Shown: one piece after another, positions 1 through 14,845 of the stretch
Numbering within the stretch: position 1 is the stretch's first letter
Layout: each line of letters opens with the position of its first letter
Source: Sphagnum compactum
Taxonomy: Eukaryota
NCBI GenBank assembly: GCA_965153455.1
Contig: OZ234493.1
Span: 28,448,213 to 28,512,212, forward strand
Reading direction: 5' to 3'
Length of the DNA: 64,000 nt
The notes under the pieces: generated by a model
What the model saw: only the letters and a program-made list of their open reading frames with translations
The model's database searches: none
What the model was told of the DNA's origin: nothing
Program-made: the position numbers and the translations under genes

Positions 1-641
1 ATTTTGTAAATTAAAAAAGAATGTCCCCCCTTGGTAGATATGCTACCTTATCACTAATACATGAAGTCATTGGTAGATTTTTCAACCTTGAAAATTGCTA
101 ACAAGTCAAACATTTCATTGTGTAAAATTTACCCAAATGATTGGAAAATCATGGCATTGCAAATTTGTGCATACATCTTGTAAAAATGTGGTCAATTTGT
201 GACTAAATGAAGCACCTAATGTTTTGTTTATGCCATCATTTTCACCTTGATATCATAACAAAGTTGTTAGTGTTATATCTTTATCAATTGCTACCTTTGT
301 CCTTTGTATCATTTTTAATAAAAAATCCACTAGTCATTCTTCCATTTTGACATTTGTGACACCAAATTAATTGCTATTTTTTTTAATTTTATGAACTTGG
401 TTTTGTACATGTAAAGTCTAAGGAGTGATGCTACAACTACCAGGCTTGGTCCAACACCAATGGGTTTGCATATTCAATATAAATATAATCAATTAACTCT
501 ATGGATCAACGCAACAATCTTTTGATATAAATTTGTGTTGGTTAAAGTCAAAACTAATTAACTTGTCATCTAAAAGAATTGGGTGTTCTTGTAGGTATAA
601 TAAATTCATTTGTGTGAGATTTTCAATAAGCACTGTCCAAG

Positions 642-1620
642 TGGGTCCAACCATGTAGTATAATGAGCCACACCCACCCCTTAAGCAATTATTTAAGTTG
701 TGCTTATTCTTGAAATATTTCAAATAAAATATTTAGAAAATATTTAATTAAAAATACTATTATATGTTAAGGTTTGTGTTAAAATTTTGTCATTTTCAAG
801 TCTTTCAAAGTTGTAATTGTGTTTTTCTACTTTAAAATTACTTCAAAACATTGAAACTTCCACAACTTTCAAAGTGTTTTTGAACATTTCTTAGTGATTA
901 GATTGATGTTAAACTTTTGGGATATGTGTATCAGTATATTAAAATTAAAATTGCTTACAAACAATTCCATTTGTAGGGCTCCTTTTTCCCCTAAAATGTT
1001 AGATATACAAAATTAAGGAGTGGTTACAATTGTTTTGATACTTGTTTACAAAATTGCACTCAAGTATGTATGACATTTATAAATTATGTACAATTCATGA
1101 AACATCATTAATCAATTAAATGAAGCTCTAAAAGATTTTTTTTTTGTTGAAAATAATTTTTTTTTCTTGACAAGATGAGAAGGAAGTGCACATGTCAATA
1201 TCGTGATGTGGTAGTCTAATTGTGTTAACATGTACCAAAACAATTGTAACCATTATTTAATATTTCACAATGTAAAATAATAATTTAATTTAATGTTAAA
1301 GTTTTTGGATATACTTATATCACAACATTCATAAGATATCATTAGAACATGTGAACAAATTTGAAACCAATTTAATTAATAAAAAAATACCCATAAAGTT
1401 TTTCAAGGCTTTGTAACTAGTGCTTTTAAATAGAAAACGACTTGTAAAATGACTTGTTCAAATATTCGAATGTGACATATTCTTGGAAATTTTAAAATAG
1501 AAACCATAGAATAATACTATATATATAATTTTTAAAAATTAAATATATATTTTAAGAATATTCCAAATTAAGTATTTGCTAAAGGGGCATGGTTGGATTT
1601 TATTAACATGGTTGGACCCA
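642..1620. mobile_element. Non-autonomous TIR DNA element (~980 bp)
   Basis: Left end TGGGTCCAACCATG...CCCCTTAAGCAATTATTTAAGTTG...TATTCTTGAAATAT is an imperfect ~70-bp inverted repeat of the right end (ATATTTTAAGAATATTCC...TTTGCTAAAGGGG...CATGGTTGGACCCA). Related left arms start near 5752 and 30213. No TSD seen. Confidence 0.6.
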
Positions 1621-2332
1621 TAGAAGTTCATGAACTTTCCACTCAAGAGCTAAATTGATAACTTAACAATGGAACTTTGCATGACATCCTTATGTACAAC
1701 ACCATCCCACATCTTGTCTTGTATACATGGCCATCAATTGTTTCAAATTTCAATCCACGTTTTTTAGACATATTGTTATATCTTGTCAAGATTTTTAGAC
1801 TAACATTATCATTTGCCATTGTGGGGATTGCCATTCCAAGATAAGCACAATTGGTTGACATTGTGAATAATCAAGAATATGTGTAATTTCTTGACCCACC
1901 ACTTATAAAGAAGAATAGAGGTGATGTGATTACTTTCCCTCTAATGTTTTCCTTCATTTTTGTTTTAATAGAGGTACCTATTAATTGTGAAATACACACA
2001 CAACACATAAAGGCACACTTAATATTTTTCTTTAAAGTGAAATGCTTGTCATGCATTGCCATGTCGATGCCTATAACTATCAATGTCCACATACACATAA
2101 ACCAAATAATATACATGGCTTGTCACCTCCAAATCAAAACATGTTTCACCTACAAAATCAATAAGAGCCCAAGCCTAAAACACATAAACAAAATTCACAC
2201 AATAATGTGCACAAACAAAATTTACATAGAAACACAAAAACCTACAACAACAAACCTTATGTGTTTTGGAATATTAAATCACCATTTAGTGATTTGAGAA
2301 CACACAGCTTGGAGTTATATCCCAAACACAAA

Positions 2333-3864
2333 CATTAAAAGAAAAATGTCAATTTGTGACTGTAATTGTGATTGTAATTGAGTCATAATCAACACTTGCA
2401 ACTAAAAATCCATTAGTTCCATAAGTGAAATTGCATTTGATGTATAGTCACAAATGATGATTTACCATGATGTCAACACATTTCACATGAATGATGTCAA
2501 TGGTCTCATCTATTGAACATTCATATGCAATTTACAATTAATACCCATTTTTGCAATTAAAACATAGCCCATTCACATATTGCAACTTGGCAAAATCGAT
2601 ATTTGCCATGTGACATTTTACAAAAAATCAATTTATGTAGGTAGGTAGGTGAGTAGGTGGGCAAAGTAGGTGGGTGGGTGGGTAGGTAGGTAAATACATT
2701 GGTACGTACAGAGTAAGTAATTAAGTAAATTTTCTAATTTTATTTTATGTTTAGCCTTTAAGGTCAAGCCTTTTTATTGGTTCATCTTAAATGGCATGTT
2801 TTTTTTAATTTTGTTTGTGTGTTTTCAACATTTCAAGTGTAACTTTTCAAATAATCTATAGGATTTGAAATGGAGGGAGAAAGATATGGGATAAATTTTG
2901 TAGTCACAACCTAGATACAAACTATATAAGTAAATGTGCATAATAAATTTTTAATCTCACATTAAAATAAAATTCTCCTAAGAAAATAACCTACCTACCT
3001 AGGCCTTAGTACTTACCTACCTACATAGCTATCTATGTACCCACCTAACCTATTGACCTATGTTCCTAACCTAACTTACTACCTACTGATTAAATTAGCC
3101 TATTAATTAAAGTAGCCTATGTCACATTTAGATTAGGCCCACATGGCGTTTATGCCTAGGCCTAAACTTAACCTTGGCTACACATTGGTTAAATTAAAAC
3201 TTGATTACATATTGGCCAAACTAAAACTTGTCAATAATTAAATAATTAATAACTAATATTGAATTATTTAATAATAAATAGTATATATTATATATTAATT
3301 ATCAAATAATTATTTATCATGAATATCATTAAATATAATATATGGTTAATTACTAATAATTGTATTTTCTTATGAAACTAACTTGTTTACCAAATAATTA
3401 ACTTAGGTTATTTATCTACTTACATACCTACCTACTTATTCATCTACCTATTTATTTAACTACTTCCTAGCCTACCTAGCCCAAACAAAATATATGCAAA
3501 ATGTATATTTTACATGCCTTAAATATAACATAGTCTCTAAATATACCTTAATATATTTCAAAACATTGTAATGAACATCAAAAATACAAATACACCACAT
3601 AAAGGTAATTGAATTGTGATTACTTTTGCAACTAATTTAATATAAAGGCCTTTTCTTGGATGAAAAGCTCAAAAAAATAATCAACATGATATTATGGAAA
3701 ATTTAGTAATCATAAATTAATTGTATCATAGTTGCAATTATTGTAATAGATTGAAAAGGATAGTGAGTAGTTATAAAAATGACAAAACATAGTTGTAAAT
3801 GACAATTAGTTACATATAATTGCAAATTGGATGGTTGCATAATATAAGATTTCTTTTTATAGTT
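2333..3864. mobile_element. Degenerate CACTA-like non-autonomous element
   Basis: Ends CATTAAAAGAAAAATG / TTTCTTTTTATAGTT resemble decayed CACTACAAGAAAA termini. It has many subterminal TTGCAACT/AGTTGCA motifs and (GTAG)n tracts, and 2590-2900 aligns with 6540-6960. Confidence 0.4.
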
Positions 3865-6162
3865 CAATAATTTGAACCTTGTTCACACTTGAACTAGGTT
3901 CAAACTAATTTCTTTATTTACATGTGTAACCTAACTTAGCATTAACCTAATTAAGACTTAATTAGGCAATTAAATTAAACATTCTTAACATGTTAAGTAC
4001 AATTTTTTTTTTGTCATAGATTGAAGGTAGAATTTCTTTTTATGTTAAATGCTTGCAATATCTAGTTTAAGAATATTGCTAATGCATTGATTAAGTTTCC
4101 TCCCATTGCTACATGAAAATAAATGAATTTAACTCCCATAATAGAGCATAGAGGTTTTATTCTTCACCCCCAATTAAACTCACATAGAAGAGGCACATAC
4201 AACCATATGTAAAAAATGAAAGACATGTCAAATTTAATTTAAAAACCAACTTAAAGAATTTTGACAAAAGAAGAAAGAACGAAGAAGAGTTAGGACTATT
4301 TAAATTATTAAACTTACAAGCTTTTAGAGATAAAGACATTGAGAATTAACTTGACCTAACTAAATTTAACCATTATTTTACTTTGTTGTTTCTATAACAC
4401 CTTTTAAAGACATTATCTCCCTTTCAAAAACATGATTAATTCTACAAATGTAAAGGATTTTGAAGGCATATTATGCCAATTTTTTGGATTCCTTAAATTG
4501 CAAAAATGTCATCAATGTTTTAGACCTTATTTTCATAATTAATTAAATGTCCTTGTCATTGTCCATAATTTAACATAATTGTTAGTTATGTTTTTCAATG
4601 ACCATAATTTAACATAATCATGGATGTTGAAAAACATAATGATTCAAAATTCTTTACATATAAAAATAACAAGTTAACATATCAACCTAGTTTGCAAAGT
4701 AATCAAGGGTTTGCCTATTCCTTAATACTTTACATCCCAACAATCATCCCCATCACAACATAATGATCTATTATCACCCTTTACAAACTTAACTATGATA
4801 AGTCTCTTGAAGTCCTTGGTCATTAACATTGAAGGTTTCAAGGTTTTACCATCTCTAAACCAATTGTGCAACTAAGCATACACATACAACTACAAAGGTG
4901 CATGTCACATGACCTTAACAACACATTTTGAATAATTACAAAAAGAAATATATATATAATTTATTTTAAAGAATTTTCTTAGATGATTATTTAATTCCCA
5001 TGGCCGAGATTTGCCAAATAGCTATCTTTGGTGTTTTTTGAGTTGTCCAAGTGATTATACAAATCAAGGGGGTGTAAAGGATTGGTTACAACTTTTAAAA
5101 CTTTGTAGTGTATTTGTGTTGGTGCCTCTGCTTGGAATGTCAAATTAAATGCAATCATAAATTAATTACAATCAAGAAAATGGCACCCACAATGGAATAG
5201 AAAAGCAAAAATACTTAACAACACAAAAAAAAAAATTCAAAATCTTGCTACACATGCAATTCTATGGGTGAATTAAACTTTGACCATAAATAACCTTGCC
5301 CATTCCAATAAATGATATAATTGTTAACACAAACATTTTTTAACAGCCTCATCAAATTCTAGACTTGAAGCATATTTGAAGCACAAATTGTAACAAGTGA
5401 TAAACCTACCAATACAAATATTCAACAACTTCATCAAAGTTCAAACTTCAAGCACAATAGATGATACTAAGGCACACGTGGAAAACAATATGAAAGGACA
5501 AAAGGCAAGGGCTTAAAGAAAGGGATATTCATGTTGGATAGGAAGTCTAACTATAATTTGTTATAGTGAATTTTAGTATTCAAACTTGGTTAAATGTAAT
5601 GAATTGTTTTCCCATTCCCACTTTTTATCAATGTAATCAAAGGAAATGTCTCCATTATGTGGATATATTTGAACAACAAAATCCAAGTCCCAATTATTAA
5701 ATTATTTATCAATTTGTTTCTTAAGAAACTAATAGAACCAAGATGTTACATCTAGGTGTCTCCACGCTAATAGGAGCCTCACCACCCATTTAGGCAATTA
5801 CTTATCTTCGAATATTCTAAAATATTTAAAGAATATTTTGATTAAAATTTGAAAAAAACCAAATTTGACTTAACAAGATATTACAATGTATTATTATGTA
5901 TATATTTGTTTAAAGAACCTCCCCCAAAATATGTCATATTTGAAGAATCTTCCTTAAAAATATGAGTCCTTATAATGTTTAATAAACATTGTTACAATGT
6001 TTAATGATTTTTTAAAAATATTATGTCATCATTAAATTCATTCCAAATCATATCATAAATTTTCATAATATATTATGAACATTATCATGCAAACAAACTA
6101 AGACAAACACTTACAAATTTTGACACAAAAAAATGAAAATTTAAGCACTAGTTACACATCTT

Positions 6163-7010
6163 CACTATGATAAAAATGGGTGTTTTGTAACTAGCCTTGC
6201 AATTCAATATTTGAGTTGCAATAATCATTTGCAACTCACTGTATTTTTACATTGTGAATGTTATCGGACAAGTTGCATGAGTTGAAAGAGTTGCAATTAT
6301 TTGTATATATGGTGCAAGTCATTGTAATTCAATTGTAACTTTGTCAAAACAACTCATTTTCCACTATGGAAATCCACTACAACTATACACCATAATGTCA
6401 CATTAATGTTATTAATTTTCATCCATTGATTAAAAATTGACAAGTGGCACTATGAAGATCTTTGGATCTAATTTTTTTTTGAAGTATTGATTTCCATCAT
6501 CTATTATGATTGTTAATGAGGGTCCGAGATTATGACACATGGCACAATAAAAAATTGACACATGGTATATCAACTGATTTTTTAAAAAAATTAAATTTTT
6601 TTTATTTTAATAGCTAGGTAGGTTGGTTAGTACATAGCCATAAGTAGGTAGGTTGATAGCTCCTAAGACTTACATACCTACATTATATACTTACTTACTT
6701 ATTTTCCTACATAGGTAGGTTAAAAAAAAGACCTACTTACTTATGTAGGTAAGTAAGTAACTAAGAAAGTACAAGACTAGGTGAATTAAGAAAATCATGT
6801 AAATATTTTATTTTTATTTTATGCTTTGTTTTTAGGGTTAAGCTTTTTTGGGTTCATCCCAAAATGGCACATGTATTTTAATGTGAGAACATAAGAAAAG
6901 AAACCTTCTTTATATTGTTTGTGAAATGGGATTCAAAAATAAAACATATGGATATAATCTTTTAGTTGTTTTGAATTACAAATTGAGTTGCAACTATAGA
7001 AAGATTTTCC
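6163..7010 (+). mobile_element. CACTA-like element left arm (same family as 2333-3864)
   Basis: Starts CACTATGATAAAAATG, has dense TTGCAACT/GTTGCA subterminal repeats and shares internal blocks with 2590-2900. Right end not located. Confidence 0.45.
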
Positions 7011-7849
7011 CACATGCTTTGTGTTTTTTTTTCATTATATAAGTCATACAATTAAGTTAGTAATTATCTAATACTTATATATGTGAATTAATTATTTAAT
7101 ATTTAATTATCTGAAATAATTATTTAAACTAATTTATTTATTTCAGATAATAATTATGAAAATGATTTATCTCATTTTATTGGAAATAATTAACCAATGA
7201 GCTAGTTATTTAATAAATTTAGATAATTATTATCAGATGATTAATTATCTAAAATCATATAATTAATCATTTATTATCTATATATATATATATATATTAG
7301 TTATTTGAATCAACTAACAAACTAATTATTTGAATCAAATTGATTTATAATTCATATTAATGTTAGGTTATTCAGTTCAAGTAATTATTTCATAATACTT
7401 AATTAATATTAAATATTAATTAGTTAAAAATAATTTATTGAGAAATAATTCATTACTAAAAACTAAGTATGAATTTAAACATCAAAGTAGAAATAGGCAT
7501 ATCCATATGTACACCCAAATTGAATTTTTAATATAATAAACACATTGTTTTTAATTTCACATTTAAGTTAATTACATATATCCATATAATTAGTTTGTTA
7601 ATGAATTGAAATAATGAATGAGTTAACAATTATTGATGAGATAATAATTATCTTAATTAATCGGTTTAATTCATTATTAAATATCCCTAACTCAAATAAA
7701 ATTTTATCTGATTATTTGACGAGTAATTATTGTTCTTCTACGTTCATGTTAGTGTGAATGCACCCAATTTTCATTTCAATGCTACCCAAAACCATGCAAT
7801 GAGCTTCAACCATGTAAATAAGTAGATACGTGGTATTAAATTGTTAGTC

Positions 7850-9330
7850 AAATTGATCCACACCCATTGACAATAATTACAACCATGGGCCTCTTCATTG
7901 CAATATGGTAGTTCTTTGGTGCCATTAAAAAAATACATTGCTTGAACAATGCTTCATCCAAAAAGGAGAAATAAAAACTTAATTGGGCTCATGTTGCTTT
8001 TGTAATGATAGTAATGCAATTTCAAAATGTTGACTTGAATCGAAAACACATGTTCAACCTAGGATTACACCCAAAATTGTATGTAAATAATATTTGTTCT
8101 ATTCATATTATCTTAAGTGAGGAACCTTCATTCAAGTTCCATGAGTCAAAAAACAACATTATTATACATTGTGTTTCACATTTTCCATAGTTCATTTATT
8201 CACTTAAGAGACCAAATCATGTGCCCTAATTGTGGCACAATGTATGTGAACCATTTATGTGCATCTCACAAAATGAAACATAACACATTCTATTACTAAT
8301 GAATGGTTAATAACCCACCCCTTTATAATACATCATATAAGTGAAATCAATAATGTTATGGAGTGCAAGAAAATTATGGACCTAATATATGCTTGGACAT
8401 TGGATCACAATACATCCTATAGTTGTCATCTTCACATATCTTTAAATTTCGCTCACAAAGTCACATATGAAAATGTGTCAACTTTAGGCAAATTTATAAA
8501 AGGTTCAAGCACATTGTTGTTTAGTCATTAAAAATCCCCACTACATCAATCTTTGATATTCTATGAATGTATATACATCTATTGGATGAAAAGATTGAAA
8601 TCCATTGGGTTTTAATGTTTCTAAATGCTTTTATGCCTTGTGTTTAAGAAAAACCAAGGCTAGATTATACCTCTCCAAGTGGTGCTATGGACCTTATGGT
8701 TTGTAGTTATAAATAAGTTGGGTGGAACTTTTATTTTAGAAACCAAGATTGATGTAAACAATGTTTGCACAACATATGGGTTCCATTTGATTTTGAACCC
8801 CCAACATGAAAGGGCTATGTTTCTCTTTCAATTGTATTGTGGCCCTTATTTAGACCCCTCTCATCATTTGCACCAAAGTAAATTCATTTGAAGGTTAAAT
8901 TTGATTAAGATAAGCCATTATACAATAACATGAATAATCACATGAATCAAGTTTCAAAATTGGAAACTTGGACAACTTGCTTTAAAGGCAACAAGATTGG
9001 GATCTATTTCCAAGCTTCTACAACATAAACATGTTTGCTAATCAAGGATTCATTAACAATTATTGTGATTCATGACAAGAACGAATAAAAAAATGAACAT
9101 TTTGGACACCGAATCATGTAGATGTCAAAACCAACACATGCATGGTATCAACTGTACTCCACCCAATAGAATTAATGCAATGATTGTGTGGGTTGTGAAG
9201 AACTTTGAGAAAGTTGAACGGGTCATACGTTCCTTCAAGATGGTGATAGGATGTTACCATGTGTTCTCATTTCAAATTGGCACAATGAGGTTTACATATA
9301 TAAGGTCCTTTGGGCTTAGCATTATGTTGG
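7850..9330 (-). pseudogene. Highly decayed ZNF862-like/hAT transposase
   Basis: Minus-strand fragments in collinear order match the copy at 47.4-49.6 kb: NHCINSIGWE (cf. KHWLDSSSWG), VEAWK*IPILLPL (cf. GWKRILILLC), NIKTQWISIFS (cf. NVKTRWISMLS) and MELE*RFLT*DNMNRTNIIYIQFWV (cf. KELEQCFPKHQL..ALSMVYFQFWA). Many stops and frameshifts. Confidence 0.75.
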
Positions 9331-12300
9331 ATAAGCTTCATTATAAATGAAGATGGACCTCTTTGGTTGGTTAGTAGGGAGTGAATCTAGGGCTTCACTT
9401 TCAATTTGAATGGTGTATTGCCATGACAACAACACCTTCACTATATGAACATGTTAATCTCCTCATAAATTTCACTTTTTTAGACATGTTTTTCCTTTTA
9501 TTTTCATTGTCTTTCGTCTTCCTTGTCATATTAATAGACATGTTTTTGAACTCTTGTAAGTCTTACCCAATGCCAAATTCACTAAAATGCATTTTCTAAT
9601 GTTTTCCATGCCAAGACATGGAATTGTTTCAAGGAAACTTTCATTGTTAAAAGATTCCTTCCTCTCCATAAGATGTCCTCCTTGGCCCATTTATTTCTAA
9701 CATTTTTTAACCTTTTAAAATGTTTTTGACATTTTTTAACCTTTTAAAATGTTTTTAACCTTTGTGTATTGGTTCTATCTTTTAAAGAAAAAAATAATGA
9801 CATGTCCCATGTGCTTGGAGTGTAGCCCATAGGAAATAAAGATTGAGTAGGGGGAGAAATCGCAATTTGATGAAAATGGAATTAAAAAAATGTTAGTGCT
9901 TTACATAGGAGAAAGGTAAGTCTTGTGACAATTCCATGTTTTGAGATGATTTGAGGCCCCTCCCTTGTTTCCAACTCTTCAAAATGTGGAATGGCTTCAA
10001 GACCTACCATGTTCCTATACAAAATAATTGTTAATTGGATCTATGATCTTGATTTACTTATTGAAGAAGTTAATAACAAGAATGTAGTTGATTTTTGGAT
10101 GTTGTTCACTACCCTATCATTACCTATTTGCCTGTAACATGCATGTTTAAATTTTGTAACCTATTACAACTTGGTACCTATTTTATACCAACCCTAACTA
10201 ATATCCCATTACAAGTTGGATAATTCAACAATTAAGACATCAGTCACAAGAGATGAATATGAGAAAACAAGTCACTTCATGGATGAACTCCTAATTATAA
10301 TACAAATTTGGCATGATATCTAAAATTTAAATTTTAAGGATTACATGTGAATTATCAATGAAAACAAGGGTAAAGAAAAATGAATATGAGAAAATAGGTA
10401 CATCCATGCATGAAATAGAAAAGTAACATGGAGATTTGAAAATCTCCACTGCAAATAACAATACATTGGAGGAATTCAACTTATTTGACATTGGAGATAT
10501 GGTAATAACTCAAAGGAGCCATAGGGTGTGTGGATAGTGCTTAAAATTGTAATTTTCTATTTGTGAAAAATCACAAGGGGAACATAATATATTGAATTGC
10601 TATTCTTTTTCCTTTTTAAGTTCTATTGTTTGCAAAGTTTCAATGTTCAAAACTTGATGCATTCATAGATGATGTTTCAAGAGTTCTTTTACATGTTCAA
10701 AACAATTGTGAACAATGTAACTTGATTACGATTACATGGCACAAATTTCATCAAGTTTCATTGACATTTGTTCTCAAATGGCAATGTTTATTCATTTATT
10801 TAGTAAGTAGTTAGTTTGGTAGGTTAGTAGGGAAGTAGGTTTGTAATATATGTCATAGGTAGACATTTAAAAGTATGACCCAAAAATGTAATTAACAAAT
10901 AGGTAATAGGTAGGTGGGTTACTTGCCTACCTATCTACCTATTTCTTGCCTACCTCCTACACACCTACCTACTTATATGTGACCTCGACACACATGTGTA
11001 CATTTATGTTTTAGGGAGGTCATTTTTGTGTTTTTTTGAAACACCTAAAATAAAAAGTTATTTTTTTGTTATGCTATTCAATAATAAAACATTGAAAAAA
11101 GTTCCATTGATAATGAAAAAATTCTAGGTATATTATCATAATGAATTTTGGGCACCCTATTTACATTTAAATATGTTATCATTGAATTATTTCCTGATGA
11201 ATTAGTTGCACCCTTTTTTCTTGCACATCATTTTATAAAATATGGAAGTGATTTCCCCAAAATCTATACATACATTCAATATGTACACATAATCACATAT
11301 ACATATGATATGCAATATATGTTGGTAATAAGAATTGAACCTTGGTATCCGTGGCCTAAAGGAAATGTCCTTGTCAACCAACCACCACATGATTTGTAGT
11401 ATAATGTGTTAAGACTAATATAACATGTTTATTTCAAATCACTTTTCAAATTGGAATTTATAATTTGTTTTCTGACAACCGATCTATCTACTTACCTACA
11501 ACTCACTTGTATCTATTTACCTATCAATGTGAGGGCGAGTATTTGAAAAGACCATTGATTTTAGGTATTTGAAATTTTTTTAGAATCAAAGAATTGTCAG
11601 GTCGAGATATTTGAGAAAATCAAATTGAAAGGACCACCAATTTTAATTATTTCAAAAACTTCAAAGAACTATTGAGTTTCATGAAAAAATTAGCAATGAC
11701 CCGATGATTTAAAAAATAAGTATTTAATTTTTTCAAATTTTTTTGAGAATTGTGTTCTACATATAATAACATGGCATTTAATTTCTTAATGACTATGATT
11801 TTATATCAAAATTGGGTATTTCATTTTTCTGATAATTGTGATTATCAACTTTGATACCTAGACTAGTACCTAATGAAGGTTTGGTGCAATTTTGAATATT
11901 GGCCCCATTATGGTAGCTACCTACACAACTATACCTACAAGTATGTATATATAATAAATATACATAATTATAGGTGGGTAATTATAAAATTTATATATAT
12001 ATATATATATATATATGTATTGAGATGACATAAGGTGGACATAGGTATCTGTATAAATTTGTCTATTTTCAAATTTTTATGATAAGGTTTAAAAATTTAT
12101 AAACCTGATTTTAAAATCATGTTCAATTTGACTACAACCTTGTCATGTTTTATTAGAAATGTCCAGTTTCTATCATATTTGACTAAATGTCACATTTAAC
12201 CAAATAATTAAGAGGTTCATTTTGAACAATTACACTAAATAAAAAATACACTTCAATTTAACAATAAAAGTTTTCAGTCAAATTGACCAAAATTTTCATC

Positions 12301-12944
12301 AAAACGAATAGCATAGTCAAGTAGGATGGTTTGAAAAGCTATGATTTTTGGTAGTGAAAAAGTTCTATTATCAAATAGAATAAATTCAAAGTTAATATAA
12401 AATCAAATGAATGTCTAAAAACCTTGTTCACATCAACTCCAACTATGAAATCAAGGGCAATGACCTTACATAATTCACTATGTCCCCGTATTAGAATTAT
12501 TACGAAACAAAAATAAACAAATCATTTTTGTACACCATCTCCAAATGTACCTGTAAAGAATTTATTAGTATGGTTTTTTCTTCTTCTATAGTTAATCCTT
12601 CTACTTTATGATGTAGTTTGTTCCCGTGCTAGCCTCATGCAAGACTAAATTCATCAATTGTTTCACAACTATCAAAGTAGATTTGAAAAATGGATGGTGT
12701 TGAATGTTAACTCTCTCCTTATAAATTCATATTAAAATGATTCTATTAGAGTTATCCGTAAAGTCACCCTTTGTTTCACCCCCTATCTCCTCTTCTTTTG
12801 CCCCCTATCCCCGCCTTTCAGTGGTATCTGAAAAGTAAGAAAATTTTATATTAAATCTGGGTATGAAATGCTGAAACTCAGCATTCAATGCACACGGTTC
12901 CAGAGTAAGTATAGCAGTTGTACAGGTAGGAGCAGTGAAAATAT

Positions 12945-13290
12945 GGAAAACATTAAACACGCCAAAGGAAATGAATGCAGTCAGGACAAAAGTACTCCTG
13001 CGATTTTTTCCTCCAGTTTGCCCGTTTGCTCCATCCATATTTCCTCAAGTGACACACACCCAGGCATGTTTTGCACTTGTAACCTCACATAACATGTCAA
13101 GTAATATGTTACATACCCCTTTATAATCTTAGTGCGTTCATAACGTGCATAACATGGACTCAAAATATGCCTGGGCATGACAAGGTGAAAATCAATCGAG
13201 AAAATGGGCAGACAGGAGGAAAAAATCGCAGCAGTACAAAAACTTTTGTACTAATTGCATTTATTTCCTTTGGCCTGTTTAATATTTTCC
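12945..13290. mobile_element. Mutator-like MITE with long TIRs and 10-bp TSD
   Basis: ~85-bp TIRs starting GGAAAA(C/T)ATTAAACA.GCCAAAGGAAAT. Identical GTGAAAATAT flanks both ends (12935-12944, 13291-13300). Confidence 0.9.
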
Positions 13291-14391
13291 GTGAAAATAT
13301 ATGTAGCAGCAGTGCAGGCGCTCAGGATAAATGAAAGACAGGATGAAATTCAGTTTACCACCGAAATTGGTGGAAAAACTAGTTTGGGTCCCAGTTGTTT
13401 CTTTTTGTAAAATGTTCATTCCCAGTTAAGCGTTTGATAACCTATTATGCCAAAACTGGCCGATCTCGCCCCCTAATCGCCTGATTTTACAGATAACTCT
13501 ATTATCTTACTTTTTCTTCAAAATGTAATTGAATGACATGTGACAGTTCACCACACTGTTAGTTTGGATAGTGGCTACCATTGTCTTTACAAATCATTAG
13601 AAAAAAAATAATTCAACATCTTTTGTAGATCTTTGTATTGTCATAACTAATGTCTGTTGTAACCTAATTCATAACCGTTGTGTGCAACAATTCAACAACA
13701 ACATTACTGAAATCACAACAATCAACAAAGAACCGCTAAACTCCCAAGAAATCAATCCAAATCACCTAAAACATTCACATGTCGAAATTTAAGATAATCG
13801 ACATTTGTTTTGACCAGGTTGTGTGGGCAGTTTTTGATTTTTATGAAAACCCTTTGGTTCCAAAACTCAAGCCCAGCTCGGGTTTGAATTTTACTAACTG
13901 GAACTGAAATTGGTAGTTAGTTCTAACCAATGTTGTTGGGCGATTCTTTGAAAATTTAAAGAATCGTTGGTTCCAGTTGTTTCAAAAACCTCAAAGAAAG
14001 AACCGACAGTTTTCATGAAAAAATCAACAATTCTTTGGGTTGGCTCTTTGATTTAAAAATTTTTTTTTTTTGGGGGGGGAGAATTGTGGTTATATATCAA
14101 AAATCAAAACCTGTTATTTGAGAAATTTGAGAACCGACAGATAGATATGTGAAATATATTTATACCTAGGCTGATAACCGGAAGCTATTTTATCTTTCAC
14201 TCTAAGAACCACCCAACACTGGAATGTCGGATGGGGCATCGCTCTTTTCCATAACTGGTATGCATGCCTTTGTACTAAAATAAAAATAAAAATGGAACTA
14301 TATCTATGCCTGGGAGGGCTTAAGTTTGTTTTAAAAACTATCAGGCCAGGGTCCACTGGGCTTCTTCACATATAGAAATTAAAAAAAAGAA

Positions 14392-14664
14392 GGAAAATTT
14401 TAAATTCACACCTTTTTTGGTTAAATTCACACCCTTTGCACGTCCGATTTTATGCAGATTAAACTTTAAGAGTATGTTCCTTTATCAGTTCAATTACTTC
14501 TGCGGGCAAGTTCTCAAGTTGTGCCCTGATTGACCACAGACCCCACACTTACGTCCTTCCACAGAGGGGTGGGGCAGACACACTCAAATTTAATCTGCAT
14601 ATAATCGGAAGCGCGAAGAGAGGGTGTGAATTTAACCAAAAAAGGTGTGAATTTAAAATTTTCC
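14392..14664. mobile_element. Mutator-like MITE with long TIRs
   Basis: Near-perfect TIR GGAAAATTTTAAATTCACACCTTTTT(T)GGTTAAATTCACACCCT extending imperfectly to ~75 bp. AAAAAGAA flanks both sides (low-complexity TSD). Confidence 0.85.
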
Positions 14665-14845
14665 AAAAAGAAAAGGAAGAAACTTGTCTCTTGGGTATAC
14701 TCAAAAATAGATACCCAACCAACAAGGGTTCTAAGTTCTAACCTGCCAAACTGGGTACCTGCCTAACACTGGTTAGTACTAGGGTAGAACAGCCCATGAG
14801 TGATCACTTAAGCCGGGCAGGTTGGACCAAAGGGGAGGGCTCCAT

